Origin: Balanoglossus misakiensis
Lineage: Eukaryota; Animalia; Hemichordata
DNA: 64,000 bases
Direction: 5' to 3'
Assembly (NCBI GenBank): GCA_040954595.2
Contig: CM082579.2
Coordinates: 15,786,550-15,850,549 of the forward strand
Made by a program: the position numbers and the translations under genes. The notes under the pieces were generated by a model. The model was not told the origin of the DNA. It did no database searches and saw only the letters and a list, made by a program, of their open reading frames with translations. Positions 28,001 through 39,500 of the stretch are shown here, piece by piece (position 1 is the first letter of the stretch; each line of letters begins with the position of its first letter).

Positions 28001-28730
28001 GCAAAAGACCCGACCCTCTAGTACAAAGACGTTGTCGTTGGCTAAGTCGGGCAAACCGAAGAGGGAAAGTCACAGCGGGTCAACACTCGACATTTGTTCG
28101 GGTAGGACTGCATTATTGCCTGTTAATTTATAGAGAAAGCCCGAATTTAACCAGGGCGCTTCAAACACCGACGTTAGTTGGGGGCACGGCCTGCAGTACT
28201 GCCGGGTAAGGTGACATCGGCGTACCGCATATAATGTAGGGGGGGGGGGGGAGAAACAGAACGGTTCAATACTACATTTATCAGATATCAGCTAATTTTG
28301 GACAATCATCTAAAATCTAAATCATCTTTTCATATTTGGATATCTGATGATGTATGAAATTTCCATTATATGTAAAAATGGTGCTGATTATAAAAATGCA
28401 CTCTGAATGAGCTGATTTAATACAAAATTGCGTTTTATTCGTTTTTGCACCAAAAAGGTCATTTTTAGGCAAAACATTCTTTATTTTTTTAATTCGGTGA
28501 CCTGATCATATATAAACAATTGCTTGTATGTTAAAAGTTTTTATGACTTTTAAAAGCAGTGACACTGGCGGCATTCAACACGAAAATAACAATTTTAGCC
28601 ACAATTTGGTCAAAATGGTAAATTTTTGAAAATTACAAAAAATACCTGTTTTCTACATTTTCGGAAATCTGATGGAGTATAGAATGCTCTTCGTATGTAT
28701 ATATCGATACAAATTCCACAAAAGACCGTC
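25053..28730. repeat. Local duplication of a variant satellite unit (~2386-bp offset)
   Basis: Private variants GACGTTGTCGTTGGCT (25641, 28028), GGATCAGCTGAAGCCCCTGC, GGGCGCTTCAAAC and AAGGTGACATC are seen only in these two adjacent units. The end coordinate is approximate. Confidence 0.85.
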
Positions 28731-30576
28731 TAATTTGGCTCACTGCAGACAAAATTGCGTTTTACCAAATTTTCCTTGAAAATGTCATTTTTAGAAAAAA
28801 AAATAAAAAAAACCTTTGTTCTTCGAATTTGGTGCCCTGATCATATATGACATGTTGATTGTATGTTAAAACTCTCGACCACTCCAAAAATGCAGAGATA
28901 TTGACGGAATTCAAGAAAAATAGCCATTTTGGCCATATTTTGACAAAAATGGTAAATTTTTGAAAAATCATAAAAAATTAACTCTTTTCTTCATTTTCGG
29001 AAATATTATGGAGCATGAAGTGTCGTTCTCTTGCAAAAAGTGCTGCAAATTGCAGAAAAGGCGGTATAATTTGAATCACCCAAGACAAAATTACCATTTT
29101 CAACTTTTTTTCGAAAAATTGTCTTTTTTTACAAAATAAATAAGAATAAATTCTTTTCATAGTTTCAAACGGGTAGAGATACATTCCACACGGGTTTTCT
29201 AACATTGAATTCCCGTTCATCAACTCAGATTTCCTACAGCATAAGTCGGCTAAAACCCTGACACTCTAGAGCAGAAACAGTTGCACACTGGTAACGTTGA
29301 ACAAGTCGATTTTTCTACGACCTGGCTCGGCTAAATCTCCGTCACAATATGACAGACACTAGCGTACGTTAGCAACGGTGATCAAGTCAGATTTTCTACG
29401 GCATGGCTTGGATAAAGCCCCGGCACTCTAGAGCAGAAACACGCGTACAGAGACCACGTTGATCAAGTCTGATCTCCTACGGCTTGGCTCGACTAAAACC
29501 CCGGCACACTATGACAGACACTAGCGTTCGTTAGCAACTTTGATCAAGTCATATTTCCTACGGCATGGCTTAGCTAAAGCCCTGGCACTCTAGAGCAGAA
29601 ACACGCGTACAGAGACCACGTTGATCTTCTCACATTTCCTTCGGCCTGGCACGGCTGATGCCCCGGCACTATATATAGGACACAGACTGGCGTAAGTTAA
29701 CAACGGTAATCACGTCGGGTTTCCTACGGCCTGGCTCAGCTGAAGCCCCGGCACTCTAGAGCAGAAACTGGCGTACATTGACCACGTTGATCAAGTCAGA
29801 TTTCCTACGGCGTGACTCGGCTGGTGCACCGGCTCTATACGACACAGACTGGCGTAAGTTATCAACGGTGATTACGTCGGATTTCCTACGGCCTGGTTTA
29901 GCTGAAGCCCCGGCACTTTAGAGCGGAAACACGCGTACATTGACCACGATGATCAAGTCAGATCTCCTACGGCCTGGCTCGACTAAAACCCCGGCACACC
30001 ATGACAGACACTAGCGTTCGTTAGCAACGGTGATCAAGTCGGATTTCCTTCGGCCTGGCTCTGCAAAAGACCCGTCACTCTAGTACAAAGACGTTGGCTA
30101 AGTCGGGCAAACCGAACAGGGAAAGTCACAGCGGTTCAACACTTGACATTTGTTCCGGTAGGACTGCATTATTGCCTGTCGATTTATAGAGAGAGCCCGA
30201 ATTTAACCAGGGCGTTTCAAACACCGACGTTTGTTGGGGGCACGGCCTACAGTACTGCCGGGTAAGCTGACATCGGCGTACCGCATATAATGTAAGGGGG
30301 GGGGGGACAGAACGGTTCAATACTACATTTATTAGATATCAGCTAATTTTGGACAATCATCTAAAATCTAAATCATTTTTTCATATTTGGATATCTGATG
30401 ATGTATGAAATTTCCATTATATGTAAAAATGGTGCTTATTATAAAACATGCACTCTGAATGAACTGATTTAATACAAGATTGCGTTTTATTCGTTTTTGC
30501 ACCAAAAAGGTCATTTTAGGCAAAACATTCTTTATTTTTTTAATTCGGTGACCTGATCATATATAAACAATTGCTT

Positions 30577-30882
30577 TTATATCCCTGCACCAGAATAGAC
30601 CTGAACTGGTCATTTTGCTCTGTTTGTGGGAGATACAAAAACACGACACAACCAGAATTGGCGAAAAATGGCCAAGAGATATTGACCCTTTATTGCAAAG
30701 TTAACAATGTGTAAAGATGATGAAAAATTCCTCGCCAGTTGCCTGCCTCAATAAAACAGCAAAAACCTCAACAAGGTAGGTATAGGTCAAAGGTCAACTG
30801 GCGAGGAAAATTAACATAACATTAAACACTGTAAAATAGGTACATAAAGAATCTCCCACAAAGGTGTGGGCCTAAAAACGCC
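30577..30882 (-). repeat. Split direct repeat B2 (306 bp, element 3' terminus)
   Basis: Matches 31274-31579 with one mismatch seen (TGTTTGTGGG vs TGTTTTTGGG). Confidence 0.95.
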
Positions 30883-31007
30883 TCTAACAACTACAATCCA
30901 ATGCGACAATGAAATAAGTAAAGATACAAAGTCCATGTAAGCTCTAAAATACATATACCTCCGTCCCATACGACCTATGTAGGGGAGGTAGATGGGGAGG
31001 CGGTGGG

Positions 31008-31273
31008 AGTGAAAATTCGAGGAGATGAACCAGCTCGTTGTCTTGAGGTCACGGCTGTAAAATGGAATAGGCTGTTCCTAGTATTGACTCCCCCCCTATA
31101 GGAAACTGCAAATATTGTCAAGGCGGGAAAATGAAGTTGCTCTTCCATGAAGTGTCTCCCCCCGGAGACTAAAGTGCTGTAAACCTCCCTGTCGGATAAT
31201 AGAAAACTGTAAAACTTGATCACTAAGAAGCATGTCTATAAATGCGATTATAATAGTGATTATAATCGTGCTT
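31008..31273 (-). repeat. Split direct repeat A2 (266 bp)
   Basis: Matches 36282-36547 with one mismatch seen (GGAATAGG vs GGAAAAGG) and directly abuts B1. Confidence 0.95.
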
Positions 31274-31579
31274 TTATATCCCTGCACCAGAATAGACCTG
31301 AACTGGTCATTTTGCTCTGTTTTTGGGAGATACAAAAACACGACACAACCAGAATTGGCGAAAAATGGCCAAGAGATATTGACCCTTTATTGCAAAGTTA
31401 ACAATGTGTAAAGATGATGAAAAATTCCTCGCCAGTTGCCTGCCTCAATAAAACAGCAAAAACCTCAACAAGGTAGGTATAGGTCAAAGGTCAACTGGCG
31501 AGGAAAATTAACATAACATTAAACACTGTAAAATAGGTACATAAAGAATCTCCCACAAAGGTGTGGGCCTAAAAACGCC
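31274..31579 (-). repeat. Split direct repeat B1 (306 bp)
   Basis: Copy of 30577-30882; joined to A2 at ...ATAATCGTGCTT|TTATATCCC (plus-strand view). Confidence 0.95.
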
Positions 31580-31689
31580 ATAAGCCACACCTTGGTGTGG
31601 CCGCCCCACCCAAAATGACCAGACCACCCCAGGGAAGGACCCTAAAAACACCATCCCCTGCTCTTGATAGCCATAAGCCTAAAAATTGG

Positions 31690-32613
31690 TTACCAAGATG
31701 CTGGTTGCCTAATGTACCCCTTAAAAGCATCTGACCTCCACCTGCCTAAGGCGCGTATCTGTGCATCAGACAATCCATCTTTAGCAGCTTGAGAGGCTGC
31801 TCCTATCCTAAAGCTATGTCCCTTGAACCTGTCTACCTCAAAGCCGCAAAAAGTGAGCGAACGCCTAAGCTGTGCCGTGAAATCTCCCCGTCCTATGCCT
31901 AACGGCCCTGGCATGCAGAAAAGAGGGCCAGGCTCACTCCCCCTCAAACGACTAAATTCCCACAATGCCTGAACCGGACACAAGTCAGACCTAAGAACCT
32001 TCTGAAATTTGATAACAAACACATCGCCTGGTTTACTGTGCTTAAAATTGAATAAGGACACAGTTGCTGACTGTGGCAAACCTGCGCTAACCTGAAACTC
32101 CAACTGGTGGAAAAGAATGGCTTTTCCAACGTCAAACCTATTCCGAACTGTGAATTCCCCAATCCTGAGGAACCCATAGAAGGCTGATAAGAACATAGCC
32201 TTAAAAAGAGAACGCTGATAAACAGATGTGACCACATTTGGAATGGCCTTAATCAGACGAAGTAGGATATCCCTAGTGATAGGGAGACGATCATCTCGTT
32301 GATGCACCAGCTTACGGTATGACTGGACCAATTTGTGAACCAAAAAGGACTTAGTAGGGTCCTGCAAGCCTGCAAGTTTATGAACGTAGCTAATGGCTGA
32401 CAAATAGGTAGAAACAGTGGATGGGGCAAGGTGTTGCCTAGAGAGGTGACCAATAAACAATGTGACCGAGGATTCTGACAGCGGCAGAGATGGACAATGC
32501 ACCCCTAACTGGCTACCCATGAACTGTGTAAGAACTCTCCAAGCACGCTGATAGGTTGACCTGGAAGAACTGTGAAGAGCCTGCTGCAGAAGTCTGCCTA
32601 CTTCCATGTCCAA
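31690..32613 (-). CDS. Tyrosine recombinase (YR) of the Ngaro element
   Basis: Open 307-aa ORF with an N-terminal SAM-like region (STYQRAW...STVSTYLSAISYVHK) and catalytic motifs FLRIGE (R), GHSFRIGAA (H-x-x-R), LGRWRS (W) and AFKGYIR (Y). Confidence 0.95.
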   Translation of the reverse strand: MDMEVGRLLQQALHSSSRSTYQRAWRVLTQFMGSQLGVHCPSLPLSESSVTLFIGHLSRQHLAPSTVSTYLSAISYVHKLAGLQDPTKSFLVHKLVQSYRKLVHQRDDRLPITRDILLRLIKAIPNVVTSVYQRSLFKAMFLSAFYGFLRIGEFTVRNRFDVGKAILFHQLEFQVSAGLPQSATVSLFNFKHSKPGDVFVIKFQKVLRSDLCPVQALWEFSRLRGSEPGPLFCMPGPLGIGRGDFTAQLRRSLTFCGFEVDRFKGHSFRIGAASQAAKDGLSDAQIRALGRWRSDAFKGYIRQPASW

Positions 32614-34307
32614 TGTATAGGTAGCAACTGAGACGGCACTGGAGTCGGATAGGTATCCATGCCCCGAGATGCAGACTTGAACTGGCCTACCTGCAAGCGG
32701 GAAAGACAGTCTGCCAAAATGTTATGCTTACCAGGAATATGTTTAGCTCGGAAAAGAATGTTGTACTGAAGGCTAGTGAGCACAATCCGTCGAACCAAAA
32801 TCATAAGGTCCCTGTCCTTCGCTGTTTGTTTATTCAAGACTGACACCAAGGCCTCATTATCAGTGTAGAACATCACACGTTTGTTACATAGCTTTTGTCC
32901 CCAAACCTCTAACGCCAGCATGATAGGGAATAACTCCAGGACTGCGATATTAATTGCATGCCAACTAGTAGGCCACTCTCCAAAGAACCAGTGAGAACCA
33001 AAAATGCCACCATACCCAAGAGACCCAGCTGCATCTGTGAACAAACGAAGTGAGTCGGATGAATGCCACCGATCCTCCATAAAAAACGACTTCCCGTTGT
33101 AATGGTCTAGGAACTGTTTCCACACTAGGAGGTCTGCTTTAACCTCTCTGGTCAGACGTAAAAAGAAGTGCGACTTCTTGACCCCTTTCGTTAAATCGAT
33201 CAACCTACGTAAAAATGCCCGTCCTGGGAGCACCACCAAACAAGCAAAATTTAAGGTCCCAACCAATGACTGAATTTCCTGTAGCCTAACCTTTCTTCTT
33301 GACAAAAAGGAATTGATCAAATTGCGGCACCGTAACAATTTATCCTCTGGGAGCCTAGATTCTCCTAATACAGTGTCTAATTCGATACCTGCGAAAACCA
33401 AAGTAGTACTGGGCCCCATGGTCTTATCCTGAGCAATAGGAACCCCCAGCTCTGCACAAAAACTTAGGAATGTCTGTAGATCCGCTGAACACCGTTCTTT
33501 GTTACTAGCCAGAAAAAGGAAATCGTCTAGAATGTGAATAACCGCCTCCACGCCTGCAACCTGATGAGAAATCCACTCTAATGCAGTACTAAACTGTTCA
33601 AAAATGCGACAGGACGACGAACACCCCATAGGCAGACATCTATCAAAGAAGAAACACCCATCCCATTTGAAACCCAACAAGCAATGATCCTGAGGTGCCA
33701 CTGGTATGATTCTAAATGCTGACTTGATGTCAGTCTTAGCCAAAAAACATCCTGGGCCCAACCTCAAAATGATCCGAACTGCATCATCAATGGTGGCATA
33801 CTGAACAGTTGCCAACTCAGGAGGAATACCGTCATTAACTGATGACCCCGGAGGAAAAGAAAGGTGATGAATAAACCGAAACTTACCGGCCTGTTTTTTG
33901 GGAACAAGACCCAATGGGGAAATGTGGAAGTTGGGAAAAGGTGGTGAACGAAAGGGCCCTGCGACCCTGCCTGCATGTACCTCAGAAGTAAGCATGGCCC
34001 TAACTGCTTCAGGATTGTCAAGTGCAGACTTCAAATTAGGGGATGACCCCCCGCCCCTATGACCACAGTAATTTATTGAAAAACCATGTGAAAAACCTGC
34101 CAACAAATAAGCCGCCTTGCCCTTGTCGTAGCCGTGTAGAAACTGCCTAAGAACTTGAACCTTTACTGGTGACACTATTATTGGCAACGGAGGGCTGTTT
34201 GGACACCACGGAAGCTCTGGGAGCGTGGTAGGGACCTCCTCCTTTTCCAGAGTGAAAGGGCTGATGGACTCCTTCCCCACTGCTGAGACTAGATGAGCTT
34301 TTGACAC
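32598..34307 (-). CDS. Reverse transcriptase / RNase H of the Ngaro element
   Basis: Open 569-aa frame with SPLGLVPKK, KTDIKSAFR, LPMGCSSS and HILDDFL (RT), then FTDAA, LELFPI, YTDN and NILADCLSR (RNase H). The track start is GTG, so the true start or a frameshift from gag is uncertain. Confidence 0.95.
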   Translation of the reverse strand: MSKAHLVSAVGKESISPFTLEKEEVPTTLPELPWCPNSPPLPIIVSPVKVQVLRQFLHGYDKGKAAYLLAGFSHGFSINYCGHRGGGSSPNLKSALDNPEAVRAMLTSEVHAGRVAGPFRSPPFPNFHISPLGLVPKKQAGKFRFIHHLSFPPGSSVNDGIPPELATVQYATIDDAVRIILRLGPGCFLAKTDIKSAFRIIPVAPQDHCLLGFKWDGCFFFDRCLPMGCSSSCRIFEQFSTALEWISHQVAGVEAVIHILDDFLFLASNKERCSADLQTFLSFCAELGVPIAQDKTMGPSTTLVFAGIELDTVLGESRLPEDKLLRCRNLINSFLSRRKVRLQEIQSLVGTLNFACLVVLPGRAFLRRLIDLTKGVKKSHFFLRLTREVKADLLVWKQFLDHYNGKSFFMEDRWHSSDSLRLFTDAAGSLGYGGIFGSHWFFGEWPTSWHAINIAVLELFPIMLALEVWGQKLCNKRVMFYTDNEALVSVLNKQTAKDRDLMILVRRIVLTSLQYNILFRAKHIPGKHNILADCLSRLQVGQFKSASRGMDTYPTPVPSQLLPIHWTWK

Positions 34308-35322
34308 TACACATGGAAATGGGATGGTTTGCCCCGCACTTAAAGCACTTGTGGTCGAAGCGACATCCAGGGCAGAACTTTCCCGAGTGAAAACGCCAAC
34401 AAACCCCTTTCGGAAAGGACGTACTGGAGAAACCCGAAAAGGAACTGTTACTGCTAGACATGGGGGCAGTCCGATCAGAAGACCAATTCTTAACCCTATG
34501 TATGGCCTGTAACCACAACTCCCAGTGAATCTGGTCCCAAGGAACAGGAGTCGACTGCTTCATAAAGCGAAACTGCTCATCGTAAAACTTCCAGCCCGCT
34601 TTTTTGGCAGCTAGATCCCGCACCACTTCCCCATACTTCAAAAGGCCTGCAATGTCTTCAGGCTTTCTCAATGTGTATACAGCTACAAAGATGTTAAAAG
34701 CTGAAATCCACTGCTCAATGTAAGTAATTTTCTTAGCACTAGCAACGGGCTCTAGACATAGCTGAGGCCTACCAACACTATCAGATAAAGCGACGGTGTA
34801 TTTACCATCACGCAGGGAGGGATTGATGAGCAAAGACGCGAAATCGATGTAATCACCTGCCCAGATTTTAGCCTTAACCTTATCCGACACCCTTGTAACC
34901 AAGGGCATGGATTGGCTTGCAAACAGTGTGGTAGGTTGACGCTCTGTCTCAGACCCCTGAATAGTAGGTGTTAGATTAACCTGACATGCAGGTTCATCCT
35001 GGACCTGACCTTGTGGTAACGAATCAACTTGCACCTCTGGACCAGTAATGTCATGGATGACTTGATTGGCGACTGATGAAGATGCGGTGGCTGTCGCTGT
35101 AGGTGGGCTTGCAGCGGGGAAAAGGCCGGCTTCTTTAAGACTCTTGACGACTGCCTGAGATATTGAGGTAGCTAACGCATCTGGGTCGATGGTTGAACTT
35201 GCGGCCGGCTGTTCTCCCTGTTGTGAACCTGCCTGGGTTGGTACCTCAGCACTTGATGACGTGGCCTTGCGCTTAGGCAAAATTGTCTTGCCCTTCGAAG
35301 TAGCGTTCCGCTTCGATGGCAT
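34147..35322 (-). CDS. Gag-like ORF1 of the Ngaro element with C-terminal Cys/His zinc finger
   Basis: First ATG at 35322 (MPSKR...). Motifs KIWAGDYIDFASLL, W..AF.IF..VY and WKFYDEQFR, plus CWRFHSGKFCPGCRFDHKCFKCGANHPISMC. Overlaps the RT frame. Confidence 0.9.
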   Translation of the reverse strand: MPSKRNATSKGKTILPKRKATSSSAEVPTQAGSQQGEQPAASSTIDPDALATSISQAVVKSLKEAGLFPAASPPTATATASSSVANQVIHDITGPEVQVDSLPQGQVQDEPACQVNLTPTIQGSETERQPTTLFASQSMPLVTRVSDKVKAKIWAGDYIDFASLLINPSLRDGKYTVALSDSVGRPQLCLEPVASAKKITYIEQWISAFNIFVAVYTLRKPEDIAGLLKYGEVVRDLAAKKAGWKFYDEQFRFMKQSTPVPWDQIHWELWLQAIHRVKNWSSDRTAPMSSSNSSFSGFSSTSFPKGVCWRFHSGKFCPGCRFDHKCFKCGANHPISMCSVKSSSSLSSGEGVHQPFHSGKGGGPYHAPRASVVSKQPSVANNSVTSKGSSS

Positions 35323-36281
35323 GCTGTTAATGAATTTAAATATTAAGTACAAGTAAAGTGTGCTAAAAATATATATGCCCCTATTGGCTAAAATAATCGA
35401 ACAACATAGCTAATGTAGGAGTGCCAATAAAATCTGTAAAATGTAAAATAAACTATCACTCAGCAATATACTCCTCAGAAAAACAACCCTTCTAATAAAG
35501 GGTATTGTGAGTTAATGAACGTGAAAAAGGAAAACACCTTATAAATGGCCACCATATGATATGGTTACCGATAAAAGTGATGTATAATACTTGTGACATG
35601 CATAGCAAAACCACCAATGGGTAACGATAAAATTGCCAGAATGTCACGACCCGAGGTAATGGTTCGGCGGGAAAAGTCAAACAAAGTAGCAAAATAAACC
35701 TGCTAAAATTGATCATGTGACCCGTCAGGCGGGAATTGCACCGTGAAAAGATGCAAGCACTGATTTATAAATGATCCCAACATTGAACAATAAATCTTGA
35801 CAGAGACAAATTAAAATAAAAAGTAAACGTCTTTTCTATGAAAAAGACTATCATTTGTATCGCCCGATAATTTCTGGCGAGTAAAGATACCTTCACTTGT
35901 ATCATGTTGCACTCGTACAATGAAAAGTCTAAATGTAATAACCAAGCCTCAAAATTTGAGATAAGAAAGTGCGTAATGTAATGTAAAATGAAAATAAACC
36001 ACGTAGATGAAAACCTTGGAAAAAGGTAAAAACGGACGCCGTAATATATCAATGTGTGGCTTGTAAAACTATACAAAAAATTGTAATTACAACTCGGGAT
36101 GCAAAACTGTGAAACGGCGTTAAATGAAAGCTACTATGAAATATTGAAAAACATATATACCGACAACTACTTCGTAAAAAAGAAAATAGCCTTAGCATTT
36201 ACTGCCAATGCTATATGCAATTCTCTACAAAAACCTTATGAATGGTAGGAAATTGGCACTTGCCTGAAAAATCGAAGAAAA

Positions 36282-36547
36282 AGTGAAAATTCGAGGAGAT
36301 GAACCAGCTCGTTGTCTTGAGGTCACGGCTGTAAAATGGAAAAGGCTGTTCCTAGTATTGACTCCCCCCCTATAGGAAACTGCAAATATTGTCAAGGCGG
36401 GAAAATGAAGTTGCTCTTCCATGAAGTGTCTCCCCCCGGAGACTAAAGTGCTGTAAACCTCCCTGTCGGATAATAGAAAACTGTAAAACTTGATCACTAA
36501 GAAGCATGTCTATAAATGCGATTATAATAGTGATTATAATCGTGCTT
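36282..36547 (-). repeat. Split direct repeat A1 (266 bp, element 5' terminus)
   Basis: Copy of 31008-31273; satellite resumes at 36548. Confidence 0.95.
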
Positions 36548-39500
36548 GTATGTTAAAAGTTTTTATGACTTTTAAAAGCAGTGACACTGGCGGCATTCAT
36601 CACGAAAATAACAATTTTAGCCACAATTTGGTCAAAATGGTAAATTTTTGAAAATTACAAAAAATACCTGTTTTCTACATTTTCGGAAATCTGATGGAGT
36701 ATAGAATGCTCTTCGCATGTATATATCGATACAAATTCCACAAAAGACCGTCTAATTTGGCTCACTGCAGACAAAATTGCGTTTTACCAAATTTTCCTTG
36801 AAAATGTCATTTTTAGAAAAAAAATTAAAAAACCTTTGTTCTTCGAATTTGGTGCCCTGATCATATATGACATGTTGATTGTATGTTAAGACTTTCGACC
36901 ACTCCAAAAATGCAGAGATATTGACGGAATTCAAGAAAAAATAGCCATTTTGGCCATATTTTGACAAAAATGGTAAATTTTTAAAAAATCATAAAAAATT
37001 AACTCTTTTCTTATTTTTTCGGAAATATTATGGAGCATGAAGTGTCGTTCTCTTGTAAAAAGTGCTGCAAATTCCAGAAAAGGCGGTATAATTTAAATCA
37101 CCCAAGACAAAATTACCATTTTCGACTTTTTTTCGAAAAATTGTCTTTTTTACAAAATAAATAAGAATAAATTCTTTTCTTAGTTTCAAACGGGTAGAGA
37201 TACTTTCCACATGGGTTTTCTAACATTGAATTCCCGTTCATCAACTCAGATTTCCTACAGCATAAGTCGGCTAAAACCCTGACACTCTAGAGCAGAAACA
37301 GTTGCACACTGGTAACGTTGAACAAGTCGATTTTTCTACGGCCTGGCTCCGCTAAATGTCCGTCACAATATGACAGACACTAGCGTACGTTAGCAACGGT
37401 GATCAAGTCAGATTTTCTACGGCATGGCTTGGATAAAGCCCCGGCACTCTAGAGCAGAAACACGCGTACAGAGACCACGTTTATTAAGTCTGATCTCCTA
37501 CAGCTTGGCTCGACTAAAACCCCGGCACACTATGACAGACACTAGCGTTCGTTAGCAACGTTGATCAAGTCAGATTTCCTACGGCATGGCTTGGCTAAAG
37601 CCCTGGCACTCTAGAGCAGAAACACGCGTACATTGACCACGTTGATCAAGTCAGATTTCCTTCGGCCTGGCACGGCTGATGCCCCGGCACTATATATAGG
37701 ACACAGACTGGCGTAAGTTAACAACGGTAATCACGTCGGGTTTCCTACGGCCTGGCTCAGCTGAAGCCCCGGCACTCTAGAGCAGAAACAGGCGTACATT
37801 GACCACGTTGATCAAGTCAGATTTCCTACGGCGTGACTCGGCTGGTGCACCGGCTCTATATGACACAGACTGGCGTAAGTTATCAACAGTGATTACGTCG
37901 GATTTCCTACGGCCTGGTTTAGCTGAAGCCCCGGCACTTTAGAGCGGAAACACGCGTACATTGACCACGATGATCAAGTCAGATCTCCTACGGCCTGGCT
38001 CGACTAAAACCCCGGCACACCATGACAGACACTAGCGTTCGTTAGCAACGGTGATCAAGTCGGATTTCCTTCGGCCTGGCTCTGCAAAAGACCCGACACT
38101 CTAGTACAAAGACGTTGGAAAGTCGGGCAAACCGAAGAGGGAAAGTCACAGCGGTTCAACACTTGACATTTGTTCGGGTAGGACTGCATTATTGCCTGTC
38201 AATTTATAGAGAAAGCCCGAAATTAACCAGGGCGTTTCAAACACCGACGTTAGTTGGGGGCACGGCCTGCAGTACTGCCGGGTAAGCTGACATCGGCGTA
38301 CCGCATATAATGTAGGGGGGGGGGGGGGAACAGAATGGTTCAATACTACATTTATTAGATATCAACTAATTTTGGACAATCATCTAAAATCTAAATCATT
38401 TTTTCATATTTGGATATCTGATGATGTATGAAATTTCCATTATATGTAAAAATGGTGCTGATTATAAAAAATGCATTCTGATTCAATACAAAATTGCGTT
38501 TTATTCGTTTTTGCACCAAAAAGGTCATTTTTAGGCAAAACATTCTTTATTTTTTTAATTCGGTGACCTGATCATATATAAACAATTGCTTGTATGTTAA
38601 AAGTTTTTATGACTTTTAAAAGCAGTGACACTGGCGGCATTCAACACGAAAATAACAATTTTAGCCACAATTTGGTCAAAATGGTAAATTTTTGAAAATT
38701 ACAAAAATACCTGTTTTCTACATTTTCGGAAATCTGATGGAGTATAGAATGCTCTTCGTATATATATATCGATACAAATTCCACAAAAAACGGCCAATTT
38801 GGCTCACTGCAGACAAAATTGCGTTTTACCAAATTTTCCTTGAAAATGTCATTTTTAGAAAAAAAAATAAAAAAACCTTTGTTCTTCGAATTTGGTGCCC
38901 TGATCATATATGACATGTTGATTATATGTTAAAACTTTAGACCACTCCAAAAATGCAGAGATATTGACGGAATTCAAGAAAAAATAGCCATTTTGGCCAT
39001 ATTTTGACAAAAATGGTAAATTTTTAAAATATCATAAAAAATTAACTCTTTTCTTCATTTTCGGAAATATAATGGAGCATGAAGTGTCGTTCTCTTGTAA
39101 AAAGTGCTGCAAATTCCAGAAAAGGCGGTATAATTTGAATCACCCAAGACAAAATTACCATTTTCGACTTTTTTTCGAAAAATTGTCTTTTTTACAAAAT
39201 AAATAAGAATAAATTCTTTTCTTAGTTTCAAACGGGTAGAGATACTTTCCACACGGGTTTTCTAACATTGAATTCCCATTCATCAACTCAGATTTCCTAC
39301 AGCATAAGTCGGCTAAAACCCTGACACTCTAGAGCAGAAACAGTTGCACACTGGTAACGTTGAACATGTCGATTTTTCTATGGCCTGGCTCGGCTAAATC
39401 TCCGTCACAATATGACAGACACTAGCGTACGTTAGCAACGGTGATCAAGTCAGATTTTCTACGGCATAGCTTGGCTAAAGCCCTGGCACTCAAGAGCAGA

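Larger units (their letters stand above)
30577..36547 (-). mobile_element. Full-length Ngaro-type (DIRS order) tyrosine-recombinase retrotransposon, 5971 bp, with split direct repeats A1-ORFs-B1A2-B2
   Basis: Overlapping gag, RT/RNase H and tyrosine recombinase ORFs; repeats in A1...B1A2...B2 order; no methyltransferase domain after RNase H. The satellite resumes exactly (AATTGCTT|GTATGTT) on both sides, and removing 5971 bp restores a 2048-bp unit. Confidence 0.95.

Noticed and set aside
30975-31401. Small ORFs in the A/B repeats (also 36225-36497) as an accessory gene
   Set aside because: Non-ATG starts, confined to repeat sequence, diverging at the repeat boundary, with no recognisable domain.
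31690-32613. Phage integrase or bacterial contamination
   Set aside because: The YR overlaps a DIRS-type RT/RNase H and gag within split direct repeats, integrated cleanly in the host satellite.
30577-36547. LTR retrotransposon or DIRS1-type element
   Set aside because: No DDE integrase, protease or TG...CA LTRs; no inverted terminal repeats, ICR or methyltransferase. The repeat order is A1-B1A2-B2.
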